A DNA stretch of 63,723 nucleotides, the filler included, from Nemertoderma westbladi (taxonomy: Eukaryota; Animalia; Xenacoelomorpha): NCBI GenBank assembly GCA_032718475.1. It is 4 parts of 4 records of this genome, joined end to end, with 100 filler letters (N's around TTAATTAATTAA, not from the genome) between each part and the next. Parts side by side here need not be neighbours in the genome. Positions count along the whole stretch, not along the records: positions 24,137 to 44,664 come from JAUCBJ010004512.1; positions 44,765 to 57,116 come from JAUCBJ010000027.1; 2 more parts are not named here. One strand, 5' to 3'. The translations under genes were made by a program, and so were the position numbers. The notes below the pieces were generated by a model, which worked only from the letters and a program-made list of their open reading frames with translations, was not told the DNA's origin and searched no databases. This document shows, in pieces, positions 37,078 to 50,253 of this stretch (within the stretch, counting starts at the first letter, position 1; every line of letters begins with the position of its first letter).

Positions 37078-37618
37078 CAGTCGGGCACTTTGTCAATATT
37101 GACATGTGTCAATATTGACAGGTAAAGCTAATTTCTCCAGGATGGGCCATGTCAAAATTGACATGGACATGTCAATATTGACATTTTTTGACCTGACGTG
37201 TTCAAATATTTCCAGACGTGTTTTTTAAATATAAAAATCGAAATTATAAGTAAATTAGAAACTTTTGACCGTGCGGAAATTTTTTTCACCGTGCCGTTTA
37301 GTTAATATAAATACTTAAAGTTTTTCTCATGTTAAAATTGACATACATGTCAAAATTGACATGTAATGATGATAACAGAAGTGTGGGGTTAGGCCACGCC
37401 ACTGTATATAACTAGGTATAATTTATACCTGACAAAGACTGATAGATACATCTGTACATACTATTACTCGATTATGCTTAGGCCTAATGTTTTTATAATA
37501 TATCTTAGGCTACACTTACAGTCTTATCCACTTAACTCTGTGTAACAGCTTTTAATAATTTGGTAACAATAAATTTAGCATCTCTGGTTCCTTGCCTGCT
37601 TGCTGCCTTGAGACAGGG

Positions 37619-37650
<32 letters not shown>

Positions 37651-39733
37651 TGGAAATGTCGGCATACCTTATCAACCGTTTCAAAAGTCCTTTCCAGTAT
37701 TTCCCATGCTGCATGCACGAAGGCCTCTGAATTGTTTCAACAATTCGTGTTTGCATGGTTGGAAAATTGCGACGATCGCAAAGGCTTCAGAACAGTTTCA
37801 AAACCTTTTACAGTTTCAAAGCATTTCACATGCTGCGCAAAGGCCTGGATAATTTCGCAGCTATTTCAGTATTTATCAAGCTGCACAAAGACCTCTGAAC
37901 AATTTAAACAGCTCATTTCAGCATTTATCATGCTTTACGAATTCCTTTTAACAGTTTCAACAGCTCTTTTCAGCCTTTCTCATGCTGCATGAACTCATGA
38001 AGGTCTCTGAACAGTTCTAACAGCTATTTTCAACATTTCTCATGTTGCACGAAGCCCTCGGGTCGGAACAATTTCAACTGTTCTTTTCAGCATTTATCAT
38101 GCTGCATGAAGGATTCTGAACAGTTTTATGAGCTCTTCTCAGTATTTCTCATGCTGCACGAGGGCTTTTAACAGTTTCAACAGCTCTTTTCAGCATTTCT
38201 CATGCTGCACGAAGGCCTCTAAACAGATTCGACAGCTATTTTCGGCATTCTCATACTGCACGAAGTCCTCTGAACAACTTCAAATGTTATTTTCAACATT
38301 TATCATGCTGCCTTGAGGACTCTGAACAGTTTTATCAGCTCATTTCAGTATTTATCATGCTGCATGAAGGCCTTTTAGCAGTTTCAACAGCCCTTTTCAG
38401 CATTTATCATGCTGCACGAAGGCATCTGAACAGTTTCAACAGCTATTTTCGGCATTCTCATATTGCACAAAGCCCTCTGAACAACTTCAAATGTTATTTT
38501 CAGCATTTATCATGCTGCATGAAGGACTCTGAACAGTTTTATCAGCTCTTTTCAGTATTTCTCATGCTGCATGAAGGCCTTTTAGCAGTTTCAACAGCCC
38601 TTTTCAGCATTTATCATGCTGCACGAAGGCATCTGAACAGTTTCAACAGCTATTTTCGGCATTCTCATATTGCACAAAGCCCTCTGCTCTGAACAACTTC
38701 AAATGTTATTTTCAGCATTTATCATGCTGCATGAATGACTTTGAACAGTTTTATAACTTTCAACAGCAATTTTCAGCATTTCTCATGTTGCACGAAGCCA
38801 TCCGAACAATTTCAACTGTTATTTTCAGCATTTATCATGCTGCATGAAAAACTCTGAACAGTTTTATCAACTCTTTTCAGTATTTCACATTCTGTGCGAA
38901 GGCCTGAAAGTTTCAAAACTTCAGAACTTGTTTTCAGTCCTTCTCAAGCTGCTCGAAGACCTCTGACAGTCTGATGTTCTGAACAGTTTCAACAGCTCTT
39001 TTCAGCATTTATCATGCTGCATGAAGCTCTGAATAGTTTCATTTCAACATCTCTTTTCAGCGTTTATCATGCTGCACAAAGGTCTCTGAGCAGCTTTGTG
39101 AGATCTTTTATGTATTTTTCAAACTGTGCGAAGGCCCTGGACTGGGCTGTTTATCAGTTCTTTTCAGTTTTTCTCATGATGCATGAAGACCCTCTGAACA
39201 ATTTCAACTGCACTTTTCAGCATTTATCATGCTGCACAAAGGACTCTGAACAGTTTTAGTAGCTCTTTTTTAGTATTTAACATGCTGCGCGAAGGCCTGA
39301 ATAGTTTCAAAAGCTCTTTTCAGTATTTAAAATGCAGCAAGAATGTCTCTAACTAAAGCGTTTTGACAGCTCGTTTCAGTATTTGTGAAGCTACTTGAAT
39401 GCCTCTAAATAGATTTGGTGGGGGTGAAATGAACATAAGAACCCAGCGTTCATGTCAATATTGACATTAGATGTCAATATTGACATGCAATAAAACATAC
39501 CATTAAAATTATTACAAACAACAATATACATTGGTTGGATTCAACAATATTTTAATTAAAATAGATATTCTCTTTACAAAAAAACATTTTCTACTTTTCA
39601 AATCACAATATTTAAAAAATGTATGATCAAAACATGTCAATATTGACATCATGTCAATTTTGACATGGAACATGTCAATATTGACAACATGTCAATATTG
39701 ACAACATGTCAATATTGACAAAGTGCCCGACTG
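37078..39733. mobile_element. Nested TIR element, TIR CAGTCGGGCACTTTGTCAATATTGACA, 5-bp TSD ATAAC
   Basis: ATAAC|CAGTCGGGCAC...GTGCCCGACTG|ATAAC; palindromic TGTCAATATTGACA subterminal repeats. Confidence 0.85.
37690..39410. repeat. ~52-bp satellite with ~207-bp (4-mer) higher-order repeat
   Basis: Unit TCTGAACAGTTTCAACAGCTCTTTTCAGCATTTATCATGCTGCACGAAGGCC; 38323-38529 closely repeats at 38530-38745. Confidence 0.88.
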
Positions 39734-40417
39734 ATAACGGGCTATAACTTCCCCATAACAAGCTATAACCACCTACTGACCTATCACCTATAACGAGCTA
39801 TAATCTGAAAATTTACAATAAAAAAAACCTATTTTAGAATGGATTTATTATCCTAGTCAGTAATTTAATTACGCAATTTGGTTTTTTAGTCCATAATGCT
39901 TTTCATCTTTGTGGTATCACGAAATCAGTCATTACTCCATTAGTTAGCATGCCACTACTGCATTATCTGACTTTCAGACAGTGCAGCAGAGGAGAGGTCT
40001 CTCATCTCTCTTCCATCGTGCTATCCGCTGTCAGCTTCTGGTCGATATAAAATACAGGAATGTGAGCAATATAGGCCAATAAAAAAAACTTACCAGTATC
40101 AATTATGAATTAGGCATAGGCAGATAGGCCTACCCTAATTTTTAACCTGCGGGATTTTTCAGACCACCGTGTTAATCCAAAAGTTAAACACACCCAAGGA
40201 GCGTTTTTTTTAATGTAAATTTTCATATTATAGCTCGTTATACTGTTATAGGTGGTTATAGCCTGTTTATAGGAAATTATAGCCCGTTATAGATCGTTAT
40301 AGCCCGTTATAGATCGTTCTACCTTTTAGTACTGTAGTACGTAACGTACCTGATGGTAGGCCTAGATTGCGGAACTATGTCACTATGTCAGTATGTGGTT
40401 GTGTGAATTGTGAATAT

Positions 40418-40682
40418 CGGAAACTTAAGGTGTGACTATTTAGAGAACCATTGTCCTATATTGGAGTCCATGTTGGGCTCTAACTGCTGAGGATACCAAA
40501 TCTCTGGATGTCACTCACACAATAAAGCCGGGCCGTGTTCACTGTGTTAAGTACAACTCACACATATCGCCAACCAGACACTACTGTATAATATTGGAGG
40601 TGTTCCATTTGCCCCCCCAAGCTTGAGATTTGAACAGTGCCTCTCCGCGCTTCGCAGCACATTGCTTTTGCGGAAGACCACC
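40418..40682 (+). mobile_element. Degenerate RTE LINE fragment
   Basis: Matches the reverse complement of 44110-44378 (CGGAAACTTAAGGT...GGGCTCTAACTGCTGAGGA...) with many indels. Confidence 0.7.
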
Positions 40683-41034
40683 CTCCCTGTGCACAAATAA
40701 AACTGTAGTACTGTAGTACGGTACGCATATTTCCAACTGGGGTGTCGTTTCAGCCTATGGAAGTATTTCTGGGGTTCTAATTGGATGTCCCTTCAATAAG
40801 CTCACCTCATTGGCTAACACTCTCCCATAGCCAAAAGGTGTGTCGGTTCAGCCTAATTGCCAATTACAGAATTAAGGGATGTCGCTTGGGGAAACTGTTT
40901 GAGTGAGTACCGGTACTGCTGTACTGACAGATAGAAATATTCAAAGCTAAAGCTCCTGACAGCCTGCTGAGCCCATCAGTATCTGCCTATGCCTGTAGGC
41001 TAGGTGCTAGGTCAATAATTGGTAATAGGTCAGT

Positions 41035-41277
41035 GTATCGCCGTGAGGACCAGCCAGTGCATAATCTTGTACTTTGGCAGCCTCATGGAGTGAATAAGCA
41101 TGGTGGACAGCCCATGACTTTCTTGAGACGCATCTTAAAGGACACTGGCCTTAAAGATGGGGATGATCTAGCAAATGTCATGGGTGATAGGGAGTTGTGG
41201 CGGCGCAATTTTGTTGACAAGCCGGCACAGCATTCTTAAAAATGCAGCTGCAATGCAGCATGCCGATCCTAGTAGTA
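41035..41277 (+). mobile_element. 5'-truncated RTE LINE with (TAG)n tail and 13-bp TSD
   Basis: GTAATAGGTCAGT at 41022-41034 and 41278-41290; encodes RREDQPVHNLVLWQP...DRELWR. Confidence 0.88.
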
Positions 41278-41366
41278 GTAATAGGTCAGTACTATGGAAA
41301 CAGGTAAATACAGTAGGTAGGCCTAGGGTAAGCGGATTGTGAGCTTCAATGCGTGGTCAGTTATAC

Positions 41367-43549
41367 CCCTGCAAACAATGTATTGTTAAAAAGCTGTTAT
41401 TAAAATGTTATTTAATGACATAGATAACATTATTTCAAATTGTTAGATTAATGATAAAAAAACTGTAAATTGGCCAAGAAATATGACGTTATATACTAAC
41501 GTTATTATTTCGTTTTTAATAACATTAAAATAACAAAGCCAGGATGGTTACATATATCATTACTTTTATGTTATTCCTTATCATTATTATTGTATTTTTA
41601 TTGACATTAAAATAACAACGGCATAATGTTTATTTAGATCGTTACTTTTATGTTATTTCTTAACATAAAAATATTGTTTGCTAAAAACGTAACATTATAC
41701 GTGCATTTAAGCCCTTCTCTCATGTTTTATGGTTGGTTCGCTTGCTCAAACTAATAATCCCCCTCCATTGCCGTTCTTTATATCGTTCTTTATAATTTCC
41801 AAACCCTTTATTGAATAATTAATTAATACAGTAATTTCCCTACGCATGTTGATATGGTAATGGCAGGCTACAATCTCTAACACAGTTTGATTGAATACAA
41901 TTTTGTTGTAGGCAATTGTATGCAAATTAATAACAATTAAAACGTATAACATGAATTGAATTTTTTGTATAATGACCAGTCAGGAACAAATAATGAAATA
42001 AACAGCAAAATCAAAGTAAAATATCCCAGAATAAGTAAACAACAAATATATGGCTGTATGGCCCATTACTTAAATGGTTTTGATATTTCGGTTAAAGTTA
42101 ATCACAGACCTAAAAAAGAATATGTTTATGACGTAATAATAAGTGACAACAACGTAATGAATTGCATCAATTAAAATACTTTGAGTTAATATTATTCACT
42201 AGATTTATAGATCTGATTTGTAGTCTATATAAAATAATGTACATGTAGTGTAGTGGGTTTAATAAATAATACCTCACAACAATGTTAAATTATTAAAAGG
42301 GGCAGGTTACAGTTGGCTACAGAGGCACATTATTATATCCTACGGGTAAACAAAAAAAAACAGGTTACAGATTTATTTCTGGGAGAGTAATCAGTACTTA
42401 TTTGAATCGATATCTCCCTGGAGAGGGATGATTTTGATTGCATCGCAAATCCTCCCTATCTGAACAAATCATATTTAAAAAATTAAATGTTAATTATAAT
42501 TATAGCTGAGTGAGCTTCATTTATTAAACTGTAAAAATAAATCAATAGGCCTAGGCCCTACAAAAGTACAATCTAAAAACTGAAACAATAAATAGTTTGT
42601 AATAACAGTTAATGTGAAGTTTTCAAATCGAAATCGAATCGAAAGTTTTGTAGTAATGCTGTCCCTGTGCCCTGCCCCTTCAACTGAAAACTGGGACCTC
42701 CCAATAATAAGAATTCCAATCTTTAGTCCTCGGCTGTTGAAATCCACCATCAGCAGATCAGTACAGACAAATAAGTCAATCCTCCACCTGTCAGTGCTGG
42801 TTTAAGGGGACTTCCTGCTCCTGGTCCTGGCAGACTTGAATTCTGTAATTGGTAGGTCTAATGCAGTAATGTATGAATCCAGAGGGTAAAGGCGAACTCG
42901 CATTCAGGTAGATATGTTTTATTTATGAGTTCAGGTTAAATAAATCACAAAACCAAAACTATAAAACCAAAAATATAAGCTACTGTACAGAGCAGTAGGC
43001 CTGCAGTAACTATACTACAGTAATATAGAGATAGGCCTTGCAGTACAGCAGTATAACAATACATATACAGAATAAACATTGAATACAGGCAGGCCAGAAT
43101 GAGTATTGTACAACATACCTGATACCATACCAGCATACTGTATACCATTTACATGTGGAAAATTCCTCCATTACCGCGAATTTTAAAATTAGCCAATCAT
43201 CAATCTCAGATTAGATAATAGAAGTGACAGCGTCTATCGCATAATGTTTATTTTATGTGACAAAATAACATTGTTCTGATATGTAACAAACCATGTTCTT
43301 AAAATGTTAGGACTAAACACTTATAAAACATTTTTGACTAATGTTTATGTTCTCACATTAAAATTACGTTTTTTTAACATCAACAGTTATCATTTATTTA
43401 ATGTCTGACAAAGACATTATAGAGTAATGTTAAAATAACATATATTGAACATCTAAATATTCTATCAAACAAGGAATAACATTTATCAACATTTATAACA
43501 AATTAATGATGTTTTTCTGACATTCCTTGAAAGTAAATTGTTTGCAGGG
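41367..43549. mobile_element. EnSpm/CACTA-like non-autonomous element, TIR CCCTGCAAACAAT, 2-bp TSD AC
   Basis: AC|CCCTGCAAACAAT...ATTGTTTGCAGGG|AC; many AACATT/AATGTT subterminal motifs. Confidence 0.7.
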
Positions 43550-43881
43550 ACAGTAGGTACTGTAGACCCTTTCTGCCTTTGACCTTAAGACTGATAGAGG
43601 CTGAGAGCTCTAGCAGGATAGTCCTATTGTTTTTAAATAAGACGACGTCTGGTTGTCACTGCTGCACTGTCCGTACTCACTGACATTGACAACTGTATGA
43701 TAGGCCAAATAACTGAATAAGCAAGTTGACTACTGTATGTACCAATCAGTAACATTTAGAACAATTAGTAACATTTAGAAAGTAACATTAAAAATTATTG
43801 TAATCTTTTGTAAACGAATAATGTTAATTGTTTTTATCCCTCCAAAAAACCTTATTCCCAAGGTTTTGAACCGACTGACAA

Positions 43882-44664
43882 CTACTACTACTAGGATCGG
43901 CATGCTGCATTGCAGCTGCATTTTTAAGAATGCTGTGCCGGCTTGTCAACAAAATTGCACCGCCACAACTCCTATCACCCATGACATTTGCTAGATTCAT
44001 CCGCATCTTTAAGGCCAGTGTCCTTTAAGATGCGTCTCAAGAAAGTCATGGCTGTCACCATGCTTATTCACTCCATGAGGCTGCCAAAGTACAAGATTAT
44101 GCACTGGCTGGTCCTCACGGCGAAAGCAATGTCCTGCAAAGCGGAGGCGATTTTGTTCTAGTGTCAAGCTTGGGGGAACCAATGAGACACCTCCAATGTT
44201 ATATAGTGTCTGGTTGGAGATGTGTGCATTGTACTTGACACAATGTACCCGGCGTAGCATTCTTGTGAATGTGCCATCCAGAGATTTGGTGTCCTCAGCA
44301 GTTAGAGCCCAGCATGGACTCCCGTAGAGGAGCACTGGAACTACTGCTGCTCTAAATAATCGGACCTTAAGTTTCCGATTAATTCTAGGTGACTTCCAAA
44401 TCCTGGAAAGCCTATTCAAGGCTGCCCATGCCTTTCCCTTACGTATTCGAAGGTCCTCACCTTGACTTCCGGATCCATGATCCCAGGTAACAGAAGTCGT
44501 TCCACATGCTCAAGCATACCATCCTTTGAGCTTATGCTCTTCCGATCAGAGACTTGCTGAGGACTTTCAAAGTTAACTGTCAGAATTTTGGTCTTTCTGG
44601 GAGTTAATAAAAAGACCAACACTAGAAGCAGCATGTTCTAATGAGCTGAGGAGCCGCTGGGTTC
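43882..44664 (-). mobile_element. RTE LINE 3' part (frameshifted ORF C-terminus), 5' side lost at gap
   Basis: LSRIWKS...KLKVRLFRAAVVPVLLYGS...RMLRRV...RLRFAGHCFR; (TAG)n tail. Confidence 0.88.
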
Positions 44665-44764
44665 NNNNNNNNNNNNNNNNNNNNNNNNNNNNNNNNNNNN
44701 NNNNNNNNTTAATTAATTAANNNNNNNNNNNNNNNNNNNNNNNNNNNNNNNNNNNNNNNNNNNN
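44665..44764. other. Assembly gap/spacer
   Basis: N44-TTAATTAATTAA-N44. Confidence 0.98.
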
Positions 44765-45332
44765 CCGAAGGTAAGAGAGAAAGGTTACCAATAACGATTG
44801 TGACTTATGTTAAAGTGGTTTGAAGTGAATCTAATGTTATTTGATAGACCCTACATGAGTCAGCCTGTGTTCCTTTTATATGTGACAAAAAATCAGTGAA
44901 GATTGGCAGATTAGTGTGCAGTATTGTGCAGCATAGTGTATGAGTGAGTCTGTTAAAGAAGCAATTCCTAAAGAATGCGCCATATATGTGGATTATAATT
45001 AAGCCATATCGTTGCGAGTAGTTTAAGTCATAACTCTGTTTATGTAGATAAAGCGCCACGTCCTAAAGGAACTGTTAATATTACCGAAGGTGAATAATAT
45101 TGTCAGAGATTATATAATACTATCAGTCGAATAATACATTAGGCTTACATAGCAATACAAATTAAACCGTCGAACCCAATCTCCCGGGAATATCCAGCGG
45201 GTGAATGGTCGCGCACGGATTGGTTTCGACTAGTGTAGTGAATCAAATACTTGTCATAGACTAAAAAGCAGATTTATTATCTAGAAGACATTCTAATTTG
45301 GCGGGTTAAACTGCCAAAGGTCTGAAAGCGCG

Positions 45333-45613
45333 AACACAATGTGTAATGTAATCGAATAGGAACAATGTGTAATGTAATCGAATAGGAACAATGTGTAATG
45401 TAATCGAATAGGAACAATGTGTAATGTAATCGAATAGAAACAATGTGTAATGTAATCGAATAGGAACAATGTGTAATGTAATCGAATAGGAACAATGAGT
45501 AATGTAATCGAATAGGAACAATGTGTAATGTAATCGAATAGGAACAATGTGTAATGTAATCGAATAGGAACAATGTGTAATGTAATCGAATAGGAACAAT
45601 GTGTAATGTAATC
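45333..45613. repeat. 26-bp minisatellite (GAACAATGTGTAATGTAATCGAATAG), ~11 copies
   Basis: Direct inspection. Confidence 0.95.
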
Positions 45614-46588
45614 AAATAATTTGCAATATTCCTCGTCAGACGCTATCCCCTCATAACTAATTATTAAATTATAACAAATTATAATATAAGCCAATTTATA
45701 ATGCAAATGTCAGATATTTTTATGATTTATGTTTTGCAGACTTATTACACTGTAACTGTATCGACTGAACAAAAGTCGATGAAGGAACTGAACTGAAAGA
45801 ACTGACGAACTGAAAGTACCGACTGTACAATATACAATATATACATAAAAAAAAACACTGTTTGTAGGAAATGTATCTTCTCCTACAATTATAAACGAAA
45901 TAACGCGAAGTTTTGCAGAAAGCATGTCTAATAGATTTTCCCTATGGGGTGTCGAGTCGACAGAATTTTGATGGAGTGAATTCTACGCTTATGAGCGGTT
46001 ATTCTAGAATTAATTTAACTGTTGCTAGGCAACCAACAGGTCCCTCGCAACCAAAACCTTGCATACACAACTAGATCCGATAATGAACCTATCATCAAAG
46101 TTTCATCCAATTCCATCAACATTAAGTGCAAGAAGTTGTGTGTACAAACAAACAAACAAACAAACATAAACGTGTGAGAAATAAGGACACCCAACTTGGA
46201 ACCGTTCAATGAGAGAAGGATTTCACTTTCAGACATTTCGACCTTTGCGGCAAACTGTATCGATGTGAATGTGTATGGAATATCGTCAGAAGAAGCCAGT
46301 TTTCTAGTAGGCCTACCCTACATCCTGTACGTGGTACAGGTATATACCAATATTCAGCTTGTGTACCGGTACGTCCAATGCGTCCTTTAATAGGATTAAA
46401 GGACTATTTTAAAAACAATAAATAATAATAAAGAAAACTTCAGTTCCTTATACGCCGTATACATTATAGAATTGTTTATTTATAATTACCACATTCCGTA
46501 TTATCCTTATCCATTTTAATTAGGCCTACCGCCCGGTAAAACAAACTCTATCGTGCGACTGTTCGCTGTTGTATGTTCTTATAACGAA

Positions 46589-47731
46589 ATGAAAATTAGC
46601 TTATTAAAGCGGATCCGGATACTCTATATATTTACTTCGCTTATATTAATAATTTTATTAATTTCATGGCTGACCACATTCCAATGGTGGGAAAAGTTGA
46701 GTAACACCGTATTGGCACCGGTACCCGAGCAGCAGCGTCACACTTCAACAGAGATATACTTCTTAAAGGTTCATAAATGCGGTAGTGAGACAGTGAGTAC
46801 CGTGCTGACATGGTTCGCACTACGCAATCATCTGTCCATCGGAGTTCCCAGGGCTCCAGAAACCCGAATGGGTTGGCCATTCAGTTTCGTTCCGCGGCAC
46901 ATGATGAAACTAGCGGATGGTGTCGACCCAAACAGCAACCCGGTCGATGTCATTTACGTTCACACTGTTTACAACGCGACAACCGTTGACACAGTAATGA
47001 CACCAGGATACAAGAAAGTCGCAATAATCAGAGAACCCAGCAGCCACATAGAATCCTATATGGACCATTTATGCGAATACGTTTCCACATGTCTAGCCAT
47101 CAAAAAACGAGGTGGCGACCCTTTGGATGAGTACCTCGTTAATCCAGACGGATTCTATATAATGGGAAATAAACTATTTCCTCTAAGAAACCCTATTATG
47201 TTCGATTTTGGGTTCCAATTTGCGAAAGAGGCTGATATTTCTTTAATGTATGAAGCTTTACTCTCGATAAACCGAGATTTTGATTTAGTGATGATAATGG
47301 ATCGATTCGACGAATCAATGATTCTATTAAAGAGGTTGATGGGTTGGACTGTAAACGACATCATTTATATGCACATAAATAACCGAAATAAAACGAATTC
47401 CCGGACATTGACTGCTAACCAAACCGATCAACTAAAAACTATAAATAAGGCAGATTTCATGCTTTATGATTTTTTTCGTGATAATTTCAACGGTCTAATA
47501 AAAGCCTATGGGGTGGATAATATGGAGGCGGATGTGGCGGAGTTTCGTAAACTTAGGGAACAAGTTGTTGGTGGTTGTACTCCAAGAGGTTTGGAGGATG
47601 AGTTTAATCGCAATGACCTTAGTGATAGATGTAAAGTACTTCAACAATGGAATCCCACATTAATTCGGTTTATACAACAAGGGAAGTACAATAATTCGGG
47701 TAGGGCCCATGTATTGAAAGCGAATCATTGA
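46589..47731 (+). CDS. Galactose-3-O-sulfotransferase family protein (type II Golgi membrane), single exon
   Basis: ATG 46589; TM ILYIFTSLILIILLISWL; FLKVHKCGSETV (5' PAPS loop), IIREP, DFDLVMIMDRFDESMILLKRLMGW, NKADFMLYDFF. Confidence 0.88.
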   Translation: MKISLLKRIRILYIFTSLILIILLISWLTTFQWWEKLSNTVLAPVPEQQRHTSTEIYFLKVHKCGSETVSTVLTWFALRNHLSIGVPRAPETRMGWPFSFVPRHMMKLADGVDPNSNPVDVIYVHTVYNATTVDTVMTPGYKKVAIIREPSSHIESYMDHLCEYVSTCLAIKKRGGDPLDEYLVNPDGFYIMGNKLFPLRNPIMFDFGFQFAKEADISLMYEALLSINRDFDLVMIMDRFDESMILLKRLMGWTVNDIIYMHINNRNKTNSRTLTANQTDQLKTINKADFMLYDFFRDNFNGLIKAYGVDNMEADVAEFRKLREQVVGGCTPRGLEDEFNRNDLSDRCKVLQQWNPTLIRFIQQGKYNNSGRAHVLKANH

Positions 47732-48789
47732 CCAGGGGGTATTTATTTTATTGTTACATGTCTATAGGGTTGGGTTTCCTAAGTGTAATTTCTTATCATG
47801 ATTCCTTGTGAAAATAATATAATTGAAATTAAATGTATATATAATAAGATTAAAATGTTAATTACACAACTAAGATTTCTCAGCGTGAAAAACTTAGCAC
47901 ACCGCTCTCACACAGCCGCTAACACCTCGTGTGGAAGTCCGCCTTTCCTCGAATTCCTTACCCTATGGCATTGTTGTTAGTTATAATCTAATATTAGGGC
48001 GGCCTTTCTAGTGAGTGTTTTCGAAGGTTTTTTTAACTGATTAGCTTAGTTTCTATGGTACTACCTTGTGTTTCGTTGGAAGATATAGTTTCTTTCATTC
48101 CAAAAATGATATCTAATTTTACTCGGGTATTTTAACTCTCGATATTTTCCAGTAACCGACTATATTCGAGGATGTAGCCATTGATGAATCAACAACTTGA
48201 ATTTAAATTTAGCTCTTAAATTTATTATAATTATTGTATTGAATGAATTTTTATTTACTGAAATTAATTATAATTAAAAGTCATAGCTAGGTACAATAAA
48301 TCGTAAAAAAAAAATCATAACCTGAAAACAATAATACTTGTTTTTAAATTTTTTAAATGTTTTAATTGATGTTTTAATTAATTGAGGGTTGTAGATTTGT
48401 TTAATTATAATCAAATAAAATTACGGCCATTTTGTCGAAATGTCTACTTTTGGACTCTTTCTATAAATATTATACCTTTTAACCTACTCAACCTATTTTC
48501 GTTCTGTTTGCAGAATAATGTAGATCAACATTCCACGCAAAGACTGAATTTTGAATTTTATTTCATGTGTCTCATGTGTCTCCATCGATATTGCACCAGA
48601 TACACCATAGTTATTCTTCAACCTTATTTTGATTTGTACATATTGTGATTTTGGTACCAGACGAAAGCTGGCCATGCAAGGATTCCAAATATGTAAAAAT
48701 ATTTGAATTTGGTTTGGAAATAGCTGAGATATGGGCATTCGAATTTTGCATGTTTTGCTTCTGCTGGAGGCCATTTATTCTATTTAATA

Positions 48790-48963
48790 CTACTAGGATC
48801 GGCATGCTGCATTGCAGCTGCATTTTTAAGAATGCTGTGCCGGCTTATCGTCAAAATTGCGCCGCCACAACTCCCTACCACCCATGACATTTGCTAGATC
48901 ATCCGCATCTTCAAGGCCAGTGTCCTTTAAGATGCGTCTCAACCTCAAGGAAGTCATGGGCTG
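48790..48963 (-). mobile_element. Short 5'-truncated RTE copy with 12-bp TSD TTCTATTTAATA
   Basis: TSD at 48778-48789 and 48964-48975; the empty site is visible in the related repeat at ~52157. Confidence 0.85.
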
Positions 48964-49418
48964 TTCTATTTAATAAATACACAATGTTCTAGAATATTTT
49001 GATTATGTTTATGATTATGTTATTTTTCATATGAATAAATTGAACCAAAATGGTCCAAAAAAGTGACCCATATACTTAACGGAGGCGAACTCCTAAAGAT
49101 TTAGATCACCACATCCATTTCTCTGATAGTTTTGCCATGTATGGGTTGTATCTGCTATGTAAACATTTATGTGGCCAGGTTGAAAAAACTGCCATGTCCC
49201 ATAACGTGACGGCCTGTCCCAGACTTGATATTGTGTTGAGGGCAGAAGTTAATCATGGTCAAAACAATTAATACTGACATTTAATTAATGGCTGGGGACA
49301 TACCAGTCACAGATAAACTGTAACCTGCTCCTTCCCCTTAATTGCCAACAGACCAAATTAATTTATTACCAAATTAACTATTTGTTGAAAGGGTTTTGAG
49401 ATTGGGGCAGTAGTTGAG

Positions 49419-50253
49419 AGTGGGATGGAAGTTGGGAATGGAACAGGAGTTGGCAGTGGGATGGAAGTTGGGAATGGAACAGGAGTTGGCAGTGGGATGG
49501 AAGTTGGGAATGGAACAGGAGTTGGCAGTGGGATGGAAGTTGGGAATGGAACAGGAGTTGGCAGTGGGATGGAAGTTGGGAATGGAACAGGAGTTGGCAG
49601 TGGGAAGGAAGTTGGGAATGGAACAGGAGTTGGCAGTGGGATGGAAGTTGGGAATGGAACAGGAGTTGGCAGTGGGATGGAAGTTGGGAATGGAACAGGA
49701 GTTGGCAGTGGGATGGAAGTTGGGAATGGAACAGGAGTTGGCAGTGGGATGGAAGTTGGGAATGGAACAGGAGTTGGCAGTGGGATGGAAGTTGGGAATG
49801 GAACAGGAGTTGGCAGTGGGAAGGAAGTTGGGAATGGAACAGGAGTTGGCAGTGGGATGGAAGTTGGGAATGGAACAGGAGTTGGCAGTGGGATGGAAGT
49901 TGGGAATGGAACAGGAGTTGGCAGTGGGATGGAAGTTGGGAATGGAACAGGAGTTGGCAGTGGGATGGAAGTTGGGAATGGAACAGGAGTTGGCAGTGGG
50001 ATGGAAGTTGGGAATGGAACAGGAGTTGGCGGTGGGATGGAAGTTGGGAATGGAACAGGAGTTGGCAGTGGGATGGAAGTTGGGAATGGAACAGGAGTTG
50101 GCGGTGGGATGGAAGTTGGGAATGGAACAGGAGTTGGCAGTGGGATGTAAGTTGGGAATGGAACAGGAGTTGGCAGTGGGATGTAAGTTGGGAATGGAAC
50201 AGGAGTTGGCAGTGGGATGGAAGTTGGGAATGGAACAGGAGTTGGCAGTGGGA
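49419..50253. repeat. 36-bp G-rich minisatellite, ~23 copies
   Basis: GTGGGATGGAAGTTGGGAATGGAACAGGAGTTGGCA. Confidence 0.97.

Larger units (their letters stand above)
37021..40350. mobile_element. MULE-like MITE with ~150-bp TIRs and 9-bp TSD TGATGGTAG; left TIR interrupted by a nested element
   Basis: TGATGGTAG|GGTACGTTACGTACT...AGTACGTAACGTACC|TGATGGTAG; CTATAAC/GTTATAG subterminal repeats. Confidence 0.85.
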
